A stretch of DNA of 62,682 nucleotides, the filler included, from Gemmatimonadota bacterium (GTDB lineage: Bacteria; 4572-55; J002), in NCBI GenBank assembly GCA_003697105.1. It is 5 parts of 5 records of this genome, joined end to end, with 100 filler letters (N's around TTAATTAATTAA, not from the genome) between each part and the next. Parts side by side here need not be neighbours in the genome. Positions count along the whole stretch, not along the records: positions 1 to 12,317 come from RFFQ01000071.1; 4 more parts are not named here. One strand, 5' to 3'. Position numbers and translations under genes: made by a program. Below, piece after piece: positions 1-9,445 of this stretch (positions are counted from its first letter, which is position 1; every line of letters begins with the position of its first letter). The notes under the pieces are model-generated. The model made no database searches and was not told the origin of the DNA. It saw nothing but the letters and a program-made list of their open reading frames with translations.

Positions 1-843
1 GTACTCATACGCTTTCTGATAATCTCCTTGCTCCTGAAAAAGCGTAGAGAGATTCTCGTACGAATTTTGAATGATCGTCTTTGCTTTAATCTGTTTCCCA
101 ATCGCCAAGCCTTGTTCAATATAGTATTGTGCCTGCTCATAATTTTTAAGTTGAAGATAGGTAAAACCGATATTATTCATCAGTTTACCGGCAGAGACCG
201 GTGAAATCGACTCATCTTGCAACTGCAATGCCCGTTGGTAGTACGCCAGAGCTTGATCATATTTAAGTAAAAAATAATACACATTGCCCATGTTGCTAAG
301 GCAGTCAAAAATGCCGTTTTTGTCTTCCAGCCGCTGCCGGATGTCCAACGCTTGCTGGTAATAATCCAACGCTTTGGAATAATCCCCCAACCGGCGATGT
401 GAAATACCGATGTTATTCAGAACTTTCGCAATACCGGCGTCATCTTGCAGAGTTTTCATCACCTCCAACGCCTTGAGATGGTAATCCAGTGCGACATCAT
501 AATTGCCCAATTCGTTGTAAATAATGCCCAGCGACAAATACGCATCCGCCACTCCAGCCAAATCGGTCAAGCGTTGGCTCAAGTCCAGGTATTCCAGCCC
601 GTACTCCACCGCTTTGTGGTACAAACTAAGATGAGTATAGGCTTTACAAACCTGCTGAACCGCCGCCATGTGCCCTTTACTCGATTGAAGTTCCAGTGCC
701 AGTAAAAGCGCTTCGTTGGCGTAATCCAGCGCTTTTTCCGGAAATTCAACCTGATGCTGGTCGGCTAATTGCGTAAGCAACTGCAACCGGGATTCACCAG
801 TGGCATGTTCCAATTGATCCTGTAACGTTCTGGTAGTTACCAT
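1..843 (-). CDS. TPR-repeat protein, partial (3' end runs off the window); probably the sensor part of a TPR-kinase/cyclase-type regulator
   Basis: Absent from the ORF track because it has no stop in the window. Manual translation from ATG 843: MVTTRTLQDQLEHATGESRLQLL...AYLSLGIIYNELGNYDVALDYHLKAL...VLNNIGISHRRLGDYSKALDYYQQAL...LSNMGNVYYFLLKYDQALAYYQRAL, which are classic TPR helices. Confidence 0.85.
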   Translation of the reverse strand, partial: MVTTRTLQDQLEHATGESRLQLLTQLADQHQVEFPEKALDYANEALLLALELQSSKGHMAAVQQVCKAYTHLSLYHKAVEYGLEYLDLSQRLTDLAGVADAYLSLGIIYNELGNYDVALDYHLKALEVMKTLQDDAGIAKVLNNIGISHRRLGDYSKALDYYQQALDIRQRLEDKNGIFDCLSNMGNVYYFLLKYDQALAYYQRALQLQDESISPVSAGKLMNNIGFTYLQLKNYEQAQYYIEQGLAIGKQIKAKTIIQNSYENLSTLFQEQGDYQKAYEY

Positions 844-1036
844 GATTCCTAACCCGTGATTAAAGACAATCTCTTGTAATTATCCCGATTTTTCAAATAA
901 TGTCAAGCAATTTATCATATATCTACTCAAAAATGCAGAAAACAAATTGATTTTTACAGGAGATTGATATTATTTTAAGAACCAGAATCGATTTCCACCC
1001 CGCCCCTTTATTCTCATCAACCAAAGTGAGGACGCC

Positions 1037-2653
1037 ATGCCGGAAGTACCTTCGCCATCAACGACGGAATTACGCGCCCAAATTGAACGCCTGGAACGGG
1101 AGAACCAGCAACTGCGCCAACATGCCCCCCCCGAAGCGGTCGCCCACCTGTTGGAAAAGGTCGAAAATGCCAAAAGAGAATGGGAAGTCACAGTTGATGT
1201 GCTCTCCGAACTAATCTGCCTCATCAATTCAGATGGCGAAATTCAACGCGCGAACCGGACGGTCGAACGGTGGCAGTTGGGGCAGGTGATGACCATCAAA
1301 GGGCAAAACTTGCTGGAACTACTTCACCCCGAACCGGATGCCTCCAAAGCCGCGTTTGAAGCTTTTTGGAAAAAAGGATGGCAGCGTCTTGCCAAAGGTC
1401 AATCGGCGCGGGGAGAGTATTTTAATACAGCTCTCCAACGGCATCTATCCATCCATTTATTACCACTGACAAAAGAAAACCCGTTAGAGCCGGTGGCGAT
1501 CGTCATCAAAGATGTAACGGAACAACGCCGCGCCGAAGAAGCGTTAGCCTCCGAGCGCGAAATGTTAGATGTCACCTTACACTCCATTGGGGATGGCGTC
1601 ATCACAACGGATGTGGATGGGCGAATTGCGTTGTTTAATCAAATTGCCGAAAAATTAACCGGTTGGAAAGAGTATGAAGCCCTCGGCCGTTCCCTAAACG
1701 AGGTCTTCCTGATTTACGATGAAGATACCCGCGAACCGTGTGAAAACCCGGTCCAAAAAACGTTGAAGGCAAATACCGCTATATCATATCCGAACCATGT
1801 GATTTTAGTCTCACGAGATCAAAAAGAGTACGGTATCCTACTCAGCGGTTCACCACTGCATAATACCAAAGGGGAGATGATGGGCGTGGTCATTACCTTT
1901 CAGGATGTCACCGAGATGCGCCGTTTGGAACGCTCCAAGTTCAGTTTTCTCAATTCGATCAGCCACGAACTCCGTACCCCGTTGACCTCCATTCTGGGAT
2001 TTTCAGACCTGCTGCTTTACAATGCCAACCCTGAGGATTATCAAGAATATGTAAACCAAATTCGGAAATCCGCAGAACGCCAATCCAATTTGGTCGAGGC
2101 ATTATTGACCATCGTCAAGTTAGAGAGTGATGCGGAAGAATACCAGTTGGAAACCGTGGATGCCTATCCCTTGTTAGAAGAAATTCTGGTTTACGGCAGT
2201 GAATTTATCGAAATAATGCTTCACGAGCGCCACCCCAACCGCATACCCTCCTTTAATTACCACTACACCTTACCCGAAGAACTCCGCCCCATCAAGATTC
2301 GAGTGGATGAAAACCGTATTCAGAAAGTCATCGAAAATCTGTTGAGTAATGCCGTGAAGTACTCGTCCATTGAGAACATCAGCATTCACGTTGAGGTACG
2401 GCTCCAAGACGGGTATCTTGAAATTCACATTCAGGATCAAGGTCGGGGTATTCCCCCTGAGGAGATGGAGCATATCTTCAAGCCCTTCTATCAGGTACGA
2501 GAGCGCCGTTACGATGTTTCCGATGGTATTGGGTGCGGATTGACAATGGTAAACCGGCATGTTCGGGCACATGGGGGTCATATCCGGGTGGAGAGTACTG
2601 TCGGTGAAGGCAGTCACTTTACCATCATTCTACCTGTCAAATCGGAGTCCTAA
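1037..2653 (+). CDS. PAS-domain sensor histidine kinase (HisKA + HATPase_c), cytoplasmic
   Basis: Two PAS regions, H-box SHELRTPLTSI, N-box NLLSNAVKY, G1 DQGRGI, F-box IFKPF, G2 GIGCGL; GAGGA upstream of ATG. Confidence 0.93.
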   Translation: MPEVPSPSTTELRAQIERLERENQQLRQHAPPEAVAHLLEKVENAKREWEVTVDVLSELICLINSDGEIQRANRTVERWQLGQVMTIKGQNLLELLHPEPDASKAAFEAFWKKGWQRLAKGQSARGEYFNTALQRHLSIHLLPLTKENPLEPVAIVIKDVTEQRRAEEALASEREMLDVTLHSIGDGVITTDVDGRIALFNQIAEKLTGWKEYEALGRSLNEVFLIYDEDTREPCENPVQKTLKANTAISYPNHVILVSRDQKEYGILLSGSPLHNTKGEMMGVVITFQDVTEMRRLERSKFSFLNSISHELRTPLTSILGFSDLLLYNANPEDYQEYVNQIRKSAERQSNLVEALLTIVKLESDAEEYQLETVDAYPLLEEILVYGSEFIEIMLHERHPNRIPSFNYHYTLPEELRPIKIRVDENRIQKVIENLLSNAVKYSSIENISIHVEVRLQDGYLEIHIQDQGRGIPPEEMEHIFKPFYQVRERRYDVSDGIGCGLTMVNRHVRAHGGHIRVESTVGEGSHFTIILPVKSES

Positions 2654-3157
2654 ATGTCACCAGAAGCCACCTACTGGATTACCCATCTTCACCTGCAACC
2701 CCACCCCGAAGGCGGCTTTTTTCGGGAGGTCTATCGATCTGAAGAAGTCCTTTTGCCGGCAGGATTACCCGAGCGATACCACCATAGCCGCCCGTTAGCC
2801 ACCAGCATCTATTTCTTACTAACCGGAAAGCACTTTTCCGCCTTACACCGTCTTCAATCCGATGAAATTTGGCATTTTTATGCCGGGGATCGCCTGCAGA
2901 TTTCGATGATCGATGCTGGCGGGCACTTGCGCACTATTCAACTTGGAAACAACCCCGTTCAAGGAGAGCAGTTGCAAGCAGTCGTTCCGCGCCATCACTG
3001 GTTTGGCGCCCATGTGATAAACCCCAACGGCTATGCGTTGGTGGGTTGTACGGTTGCCCCCGGCTTTGATTTTGCCGACTTTGAACTTGGCGAGCGAGAC
3101 CACCTTCTCCGCCAATTCCCACACCATAAAACCCTGATTGAACAACTGACCCGATGA
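2654..3157 (+). CDS. Cupin_5 (DUF985/YML079w-like) protein
   Basis: LQPHPEGGFF, TSIYFLL, HRLQSDEIWHFY and GCTVAPGFDFADF motifs. Confidence 0.92.
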   Translation: MSPEATYWITHLHLQPHPEGGFFREVYRSEEVLLPAGLPERYHHSRPLATSIYFLLTGKHFSALHRLQSDEIWHFYAGDRLQISMIDAGGHLRTIQLGNNPVQGEQLQAVVPRHHWFGAHVINPNGYALVGCTVAPGFDFADFELGERDHLLRQFPHHKTLIEQLTR

Positions 3158-4305
3158 TTGAAAGATTGCTCCAAATTCGCTCCAAGCCGGTACGCCTCAT
3201 GATCGGGCTGATGTCCGGCACCTCACTCGATGGCGTCGATGCCGCCTTAGTGGAGATAAGCGGTTTCGCTCTTGACACCCGCATTCGCTTGATCGATTTC
3301 ATCACCATTCCGTACCCCCAACCCGTCCGAAAGCGGCTCTTGGATTTGATTGAGGGAAAGCCGGTACAACGCGCCTCTGCCGCCAATTTTCTCCTTGGAC
3401 GGAAGTTTGCCGACGCCGCCCAGCAAGTGATGGAACGCCACGGGCTTAAAGCAGGCGAGATTGACTTGATCGGCTCGCATGGACACACCGTTTGGCACCA
3501 ACATCGCCAACACAGTTTGCAATTCGCCGAACCCTCTGTCATTGCCGAGCGCACCGGTGCGGTCGTCATCGCCGATTTCCGGGTGCGGGATATTGCCGCC
3601 GGCGGGTCTGGGGCGCCCCTCGTACCCTACGTGGATTTTTTGCTCTGTCGCAGTGACACTTACGGGCGTATCTTGCAAAACATCGGCGGAATTGCAAATT
3701 GCACCCTTTTACCACGGGGAATCGATCAGGTGGATCACCTAATTGCCTTTGATACCGGTCCCGGCGTGATGATTTGTGATGCTTTGGTAAAAGCGTTTAC
3801 CAACGGAACATTAACCTATGATCGGGATGGCGAAATTGCCCGTAGCGGCACAATTCACCCCGAATGGCTAGAGGTGTGGAAACGTGATCCCTATTTTGAA
3901 AAACCACCGCCGAAGTCCTGTGGGCGGGAACAGTTTGGAAGCCACTTTGCCAACAACCTGCTGGCAAACTACCCCCTTAATGCCGATCTCATCGCCACGG
4001 TAACCGCCTTTACGGCTCATACCATCGCGGATGCCTATCAGCGGTTTTTATTGCCTCATGCGCCAGTGGATCAGATCATTCTGAGCGGTGGTGGTAGTAA
4101 AAACCCATTTTTAGTCAACCAATTACAGCAATTATTACCCTCGTACCACATCCTCAGCTCGGATGAAGTGGGTCTCCCCAGTGATGCCAAAGAAGCGATG
4201 GCTTTTGCCATTTTGGCAAATGAAACTCTTTTTGGGCAACCGGCAAATGTCCCCGCCGTCACCGGTGCCCGCCACCCGGTGGTACTTGGTAAGATTGTGT
4301 TGTAA
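3154..4305 (+). CDS. anmK: Anhydro-N-acetylmuramic acid kinase
   Basis: GLMSGTSLDGVD, GSHGHT, DFRVRDIAAGGSGAPLVP, NIGGIAN, FDTGPG and KEAMAFA motifs; ATGA overlap with the cupin gene. Confidence 0.95.
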   Translation: MIERLLQIRSKPVRLMIGLMSGTSLDGVDAALVEISGFALDTRIRLIDFITIPYPQPVRKRLLDLIEGKPVQRASAANFLLGRKFADAAQQVMERHGLKAGEIDLIGSHGHTVWHQHRQHSLQFAEPSVIAERTGAVVIADFRVRDIAAGGSGAPLVPYVDFLLCRSDTYGRILQNIGGIANCTLLPRGIDQVDHLIAFDTGPGVMICDALVKAFTNGTLTYDRDGEIARSGTIHPEWLEVWKRDPYFEKPPPKSCGREQFGSHFANNLLANYPLNADLIATVTAFTAHTIADAYQRFLLPHAPVDQIILSGGGSKNPFLVNQLQQLLPSYHILSSDEVGLPSDAKEAMAFAILANETLFGQPANVPAVTGARHPVVLGKIVL

Positions 4306-4362
4306 TACCCACCAAAGAGGATTCTAACTCGCTCATCAAGACATTATCCATTTTGAAAACCG

Positions 4363-4391
4363 TTGACATCGGTTTTTTTATATGTTATTCT
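4363..4391 (+). promoter_or_regulatory. Sigma70-type promoter
   Basis: TTGACA (4363-4368), 17-nt spacer, TATTCT (4386-4391) with extended -10 TG; 44 nt upstream of the 4436 start. Confidence 0.65.
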
Positions 4392-4435
4392 TGCCCAACT
4401 TCTAATAGGTTCCTGAGGGTTTTGGAGTCATTATC

Positions 4436-5803
4436 ATGTCGCAAGAATTATTACGGCGAATCGTGTTGGTCTTTTCGCCTGCATTTTTTGGACTGATTAT
4501 CCTTCAGCTGATTCATATTGTGGATGTTATCCGGCGTGATAAAAAAACGGTTCCAAAGAAAACAGTATGGTTGGTGTGGATGGCAATTCCGGTGTTGGGA
4601 GGCTTTGTTGCCGGAATTTATTATTGGATAGTCGTGCGGCGATTCGGACCACCGGCAGGTAAATCCACGCCCGCTAAATCCGGGAAAGTAACCGCGAAAA
4701 CGCCAAAAAAAGCCAAAAAGAAATCAGCCACAACCCCGAAAAACAAGAAAAAGTCAACCGCTGACGCGCCATCAAAACCGGTGATTTCAAAACCCGTCAA
4801 ACCCAAATCCGTGACATCACCCGCCGCATCACCGGCAGTTTCGGCGAAATCTGCGACTCGCTCGACCCCAACAGCGAACATCGCTTCTAAACCGCTAAAG
4901 CCAGCGGCGTCACCTGTGGCGCAACCACAACCGGTTTCACCACCCACTGCCCCAGCGACACCGCCAAACCAGAGCCAGACCGGTTTGAAAGGGTACGGAG
5001 ATGACCGGCGGAATCGCATTATTGAAAACAATGCCGCCCAACCCCCCATTGACGGGCGTCCCCGCGTCCATCAGGCGGATAAAGTGAATGTCAAACCGGA
5101 TGGCTTGCTCATCACAGACGGCTTGAACCGGCATCATGTGAAATGGAATGAAATCCAGATTATCATTGGTGCCCAATCTCCCGTTGGGATACGGGATAAG
5201 CTAATGATGGATATGTTTGTCGCCGGATTGGTTGCACCTTACCGTATTTTTGATGATGTAATTTTGTATCAGGAATTTTTGGACGATGTCTCGTTCAATA
5301 TTGAAGATAATTTTCGGGCATTTACCCAATGGGTATTAAAACATGCCACGGCGGCGGTTGTCGAACCGGAAACCGTTGATTTTGCGAACATCCCGACGAA
5401 ACATTTTGCTCACCAATTTCGTAAGTTTCAGGAATTTGACGAGTTTGTCTGGAAAATCCGAAATCAGGTGTTTTCTCAAACAGAGGTCAGCTCAGCAGAA
5501 CCCCAACCGGCGGTTTCCGCGCCGGAACCCCCTCCTACACCCGCACCTCCGCCCGCAGAAGAGAAATTTGGGGTCATCATCCGGGAAATTACACCGGGCT
5601 ATGAAAAACACATTCTACAAGTCATCATGCACCTTTACAAATGTGATGTGGATCGCGCCAAAACCTTCCTCAAACTGCCGTCCATTGTAGGGCAAAATCT
5701 AAGCCGGGAACAAGCCCTCAAACTGACCAACGAGTTGCAAAAGCGAGGGGCCGTTGTGCAAGGGGTCCGGATGGAACAGCTCAAAAAGTTACGGAAAACC
5801 TAA
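4436..5803 (+). CDS. Membrane protein: two N-terminal TM helices, Lys/Pro-rich linker, central unknown domain, C-terminal L7/L12-CTD-like domain
   Basis: Hydrophobic residues ~9-67; low-complexity K/P/A/S region; C-terminal AKTFLKLPSIVGQNLSREQALKLTNELQKRGAVV resembles the L7/L12 CTD/ClpS-like fold. Confidence 0.6.
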   Translation: MSQELLRRIVLVFSPAFFGLIILQLIHIVDVIRRDKKTVPKKTVWLVWMAIPVLGGFVAGIYYWIVVRRFGPPAGKSTPAKSGKVTAKTPKKAKKKSATTPKNKKKSTADAPSKPVISKPVKPKSVTSPAASPAVSAKSATRSTPTANIASKPLKPAASPVAQPQPVSPPTAPATPPNQSQTGLKGYGDDRRNRIIENNAAQPPIDGRPRVHQADKVNVKPDGLLITDGLNRHHVKWNEIQIIIGAQSPVGIRDKLMMDMFVAGLVAPYRIFDDVILYQEFLDDVSFNIEDNFRAFTQWVLKHATAAVVEPETVDFANIPTKHFAHQFRKFQEFDEFVWKIRNQVFSQTEVSSAEPQPAVSAPEPPPTPAPPPAEEKFGVIIREITPGYEKHILQVIMHLYKCDVDRAKTFLKLPSIVGQNLSREQALKLTNELQKRGAVVQGVRMEQLKKLRKT

Positions 5804-6327
5804 TGCAACGAGGATGCGTCATCATCTTGATACTACTACTCTATGTCACCGCCGGTTCTGGGATTGCTCAAACGGTGGAAGCAACATCCGCGGACTCAAT
5901 TTACGGCGATCAGCCGCTCGGTTCGCCACGTGGCGCCATGTGGCGGTCGTTAGTCCTGCCGGGTTGGGGGCAATGGTATAACGGCCAACCTCGCAAAGCC
6001 TTGATTATTGGTGGAATTCAGGTCGGCACAATTGCCAGCTCACTCCTTGCCGATTATTACGCTTACAAAAATTTGGATCGCAGTAAAAAGGAGTCACTCT
6101 CGACTACTCAACAGGCGATTTTCCGGGAGCGGTATGAAGACTACAAGAATTGGAAACGTTTCTTCCGCTGGTGGTTTTTTTTGATGACCCTCTACAGCAT
6201 GGGGGATGCTTACGTCGAAGCTCATTTGAAGGGCTTTGACGACCAAGTCAAGGAAAATGCGGATTGGCGTATCCAAATGGACCCGGACCTCCGTCACCCT
6301 CAACTTCAACTTCAATTTTCGTTCTGA
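5803..6327 (+). CDS. DUF5683-like membrane/secreted protein
   Basis: Signal peptide; SPRGAMWRSLVLPGWGQWYNG and DAYVEAHL motifs. Confidence 0.7.
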   Translation: MQRGCVIILILLLYVTAGSGIAQTVEATSADSIYGDQPLGSPRGAMWRSLVLPGWGQWYNGQPRKALIIGGIQVGTIASSLLADYYAYKNLDRSKKESLSTTQQAIFRERYEDYKNWKRFFRWWFFLMTLYSMGDAYVEAHLKGFDDQVKENADWRIQMDPDLRHPQLQLQFSF

Positions 6328-6333
6328 GGCATT

Positions 6334-7284
6334 ATGAAAACCCATCGGGGTACGTTGTTATTGGCATTATTGTTTATTTTTCCGGCGTCGTTGATTGTGT
6401 TTGTTTTCCGGCTCGTGCCAGTCATATACTCTTTCATTGTTAGTTTTTATGATTGGGGTGTGGCTGGTATGAAAGGGTTCATCGGGTTGGATAATTATGT
6501 GTTCTTGATGAAAGACCCGGAATTCTGGCAGTCGTTGGTCAACACATTTTATTATGTACTTTACACCGTACCGGTAACATTGGTGCTATCCTTGATAATC
6601 GCAATTTTACTGAATCAAAAAATAAAAGGTTTAGGCATCTATCGTGTGATCTACTTTTTACCGGTGGTGACCTCTCTCGTCGCGGTTTCGATGGTGTGGA
6701 AGTGGATTTTTAATCCAGAAATTGGGCTTGCCAACTATATGCTCTCTTTGATTGGCATTCCGCGCCAACTCTGGTTGCAAGAAGCAAAAGGGGTTTTCCA
6801 ATTGATGCTGAGTCCCGTGGGGATCGATCTTCCCCGTTGGGCAGGGGGTCCCAGTTTGGCGTTGATGAGTATCATTATCATGAGCGTTTGGAAAGGTGTC
6901 GGTTACAATGTGGTGATCTTCCTTGCAGGTTTGCAAAACATTGGGGAACAGTATTATGAAGCCGCAAAACTCGATGGTGCGAACCGGTTTCAGCAATTTT
7001 GGCATGTGACCTTGCCCTTGCTCTCCCCCACGACGTTTTTCGTGCTAGTGATGACGACGATTACCTCTTTTCAAGTCTTCGTCCAAATTTACATGATGAC
7101 CGGACCCCCCGTGGGTGGACCCGCCGGCACAACTAAAGTATTGGTCTATTACCTCTACGAAAAAGGCTTTGAGACCTTTGAAAGCGGTTATGCCTCAGCG
7201 ATCGCGTTTGTCCTGTTTATGATTATTTTAACTTTGACGATCATCCAACGCCAAGTGATTGAACCGCGCGTTCATTACGATTAA
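6334..7284 (+). CDS. Carbohydrate ABC transporter permease (MalF/UgpA-type)
   Basis: FIGLDNY, EAA loop YYEAAKLDGANRFQQFWHVTLPLL, GYASAIA; multiple TM helices. Confidence 0.93.
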   Translation: MKTHRGTLLLALLFIFPASLIVFVFRLVPVIYSFIVSFYDWGVAGMKGFIGLDNYVFLMKDPEFWQSLVNTFYYVLYTVPVTLVLSLIIAILLNQKIKGLGIYRVIYFLPVVTSLVAVSMVWKWIFNPEIGLANYMLSLIGIPRQLWLQEAKGVFQLMLSPVGIDLPRWAGGPSLALMSIIIMSVWKGVGYNVVIFLAGLQNIGEQYYEAAKLDGANRFQQFWHVTLPLLSPTTFFVLVMTTITSFQVFVQIYMMTGPPVGGPAGTTKVLVYYLYEKGFETFESGYASAIAFVLFMIILTLTIIQRQVIEPRVHYD

Positions 7285-7291
7285 GAACCTT

Positions 7292-8305
7292 ATGAAAACA
7301 AAAACATCGATCCTTGAACCGTTATCCGCAGTTGATAACCTCAATCTTTACACCCAGATGGTGCGGATGCGCCGCATTGAAGAACGCGCCGAACAGCTTT
7401 TTCGGGAAAACCGGACGGTTGGGCGCGTGTACACCGGTCGCGGGCAAGAAGCGATCTCGGTAGGAGCGGCGTATGCACTAAACCCCGATGATGGCTTAGC
7501 ACCACTCTACCGGGAGATGGGCGCCCATCTGGTGCGAGGGGTCACCCCCCGCGAAATTTTCTGCCAATATATGGGACGAAAAAATTCCGCTACCCAAGGT
7601 CGGGATTCCGGGTTGCATATTGGCGATCCGCATCGCCATCTGGTGAGCATGATCAGCAGTTTAACCGCCTCTTTACCGGTGGCAGTCGGAATGGGACTCT
7701 CCTACCAGATTCGCGGGCAACAGCGCGTCGCCATGACCTTTTTAGGCGATGGTGCCACCAGTACCGGTAGTGCCCATGAGGGGCTCAATTTTGCCGCTAC
7801 CCGTAAAATTCCGGTGGTGTTTGTCTGCTCGAATAATCAATGGTCGCTTTCGACTCCCTCCCACCAGCAACATGGTTTGGCACGACTGGCAGGTCGCGGT
7901 ACGGGTTACGGCATGGCATCTGTTCAAGTGGATGGTAATGATGTCCGGGCGGTCTATTACGCTGCCGCCGAAGCCGTCGTCCGTGCGCGCCACGGGAAAG
8001 GTCCAACCTTTATCGAAGCCGTGACCATGCGCATGGCCGGACATTCGGTGACCGATCCGGCGGTCTATATTCCCAAGACAATGACCCAACAATGGCAGGA
8101 AAAAGACCCCCTCCACTGCTTTCAAACCCAACTGTGCGCGGAGGGATTGCTGACCGCTGAAAAAATCGAACAAATTGAACTCGAGATACGCGAAGAGATT
8201 GATGACGCCGTTCGCTTCGCCGAAGAAAGCCCGCTGATGCCAACTGACGAACTGACGACAGGTGTTTTTGCCGAATTTCACGGGAGTACTAATGCGAAAA
8301 ATTAG
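7292..8305 (+). CDS. TPP-dependent 2-oxoacid dehydrogenase E1 alpha subunit
   Basis: GQEA, TPP motif GDGATS...NNQW, VDGND, RMAGHS. Start moved to ATG 7292, after the upstream stop. Confidence 0.92.
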   Translation: MKTKTSILEPLSAVDNLNLYTQMVRMRRIEERAEQLFRENRTVGRVYTGRGQEAISVGAAYALNPDDGLAPLYREMGAHLVRGVTPREIFCQYMGRKNSATQGRDSGLHIGDPHRHLVSMISSLTASLPVAVGMGLSYQIRGQQRVAMTFLGDGATSTGSAHEGLNFAATRKIPVVFVCSNNQWSLSTPSHQQHGLARLAGRGTGYGMASVQVDGNDVRAVYYAAAEAVVRARHGKGPTFIEAVTMRMAGHSVTDPAVYIPKTMTQQWQEKDPLHCFQTQLCAEGLLTAEKIEQIELEIREEIDDAVRFAEESPLMPTDELTTGVFAEFHGSTNAKN

Positions 8306-9272
8306 TTACCGCGAAGCCATCCGGGAAACGCTCTGGGAAGCAATGGAAGCAGACGAGCGGGTGTTTACCCTCGGGCAGGACATTGAATATGGCGGCGTTT
8401 ATGGCATCACTCGCGGATTTTACGACCGGTTTGGGCCCAACCGGGTAATCAACACAACACTGGCCGAAACCGCTATTACCGGCGCCGCCATGGGAGCCGC
8501 CCTAGAAGGCTTACGCCCCATTGCTGAGATTCAATTTGCCGATTTTATTACACCCGCCATGGATCAAATTGTGAATATGATCGGTAAATATCACTACCGG
8601 ACTCATATCCCGGTACCGCTGGTTATCCGGACCCCTGCCGGAGCAATTGTCACCGCACACGGGAGTACGGGACCCTTACATTCCCAATCTCCAGAGGCGT
8701 GGTTTGCCCATGCCCCCGGTTTGAAAATCGTGGTGCCCTCAAATGCGTTCGATGCCAAAGGCTTGCTTTTTACCGCCATTGATGACCCCAATCCGGTACT
8801 CTTTTTCGAGCAAAAACGGCTTTATAACGATAAAATGGATGTCCCCGGGGGACGGTACGGCATTCCCTTTGGACAGTTGCGGGTAGCCCGAACCGGGCTA
8901 GACCTCACCGTGGTAACCTACGGCTCAATGGTGCCGGTGGTACTCAATGCGGTCCAGCAAATTGCCGCCCACGGTATTGAAACGGAAGTGCTCGATCTGC
9001 GAACACTGGTCCCTCTTGACCGGCAGGGCATTATTAAAAGCGTACAAAAAACCGGCAAAGTGCTGATCGTCCACGAGGCAAACCGTACCTGCGGTTTTGG
9101 CGCCGAAGTCGCGGCACTCATCAGCGAATACGCCTTTGAATATCTGGATGCCCCGATTCGTCGGCTAACCCCCCCGGATATTCCGGTACCTTCAGCACGA
9201 CATTTGGCAGAGGCATATCTACCCAATGTAAATGATGTGATTCAAGCCATCCAACAATTGAATCGATATTGA
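8292..9272 (+). CDS. 2-oxoacid dehydrogenase E1 beta subunit
   Basis: EIQFADF, HSQSPE, DAKGLL, DLRTLVPLD, GFGAEV and LDAPIRR motifs; ATG 8292 with GGGAG RBS. Confidence 0.93.
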   Translation: MRKISYREAIRETLWEAMEADERVFTLGQDIEYGGVYGITRGFYDRFGPNRVINTTLAETAITGAAMGAALEGLRPIAEIQFADFITPAMDQIVNMIGKYHYRTHIPVPLVIRTPAGAIVTAHGSTGPLHSQSPEAWFAHAPGLKIVVPSNAFDAKGLLFTAIDDPNPVLFFEQKRLYNDKMDVPGGRYGIPFGQLRVARTGLDLTVVTYGSMVPVVLNAVQQIAAHGIETEVLDLRTLVPLDRQGIIKSVQKTGKVLIVHEANRTCGFGAEVAALISEYAFEYLDAPIRRLTPPDIPVPSARHLAEAYLPNVNDVIQAIQQLNRY

Positions 9273-9445
9273 GAGTCCGATTTATCATAAAATCACACGC
9301 TATTTGCTGAATTCAGCGATTTGCCCGGTCTGAAAAAACCGTGTTGCCATTAAAAGCGGCAGTACAACAATAAAATTACCGGTTAGAAAAACGCTATTTT
9401 CCAAATTTTTCGATACTTCTATCTGAAAGGAGTTGGACATTTATC

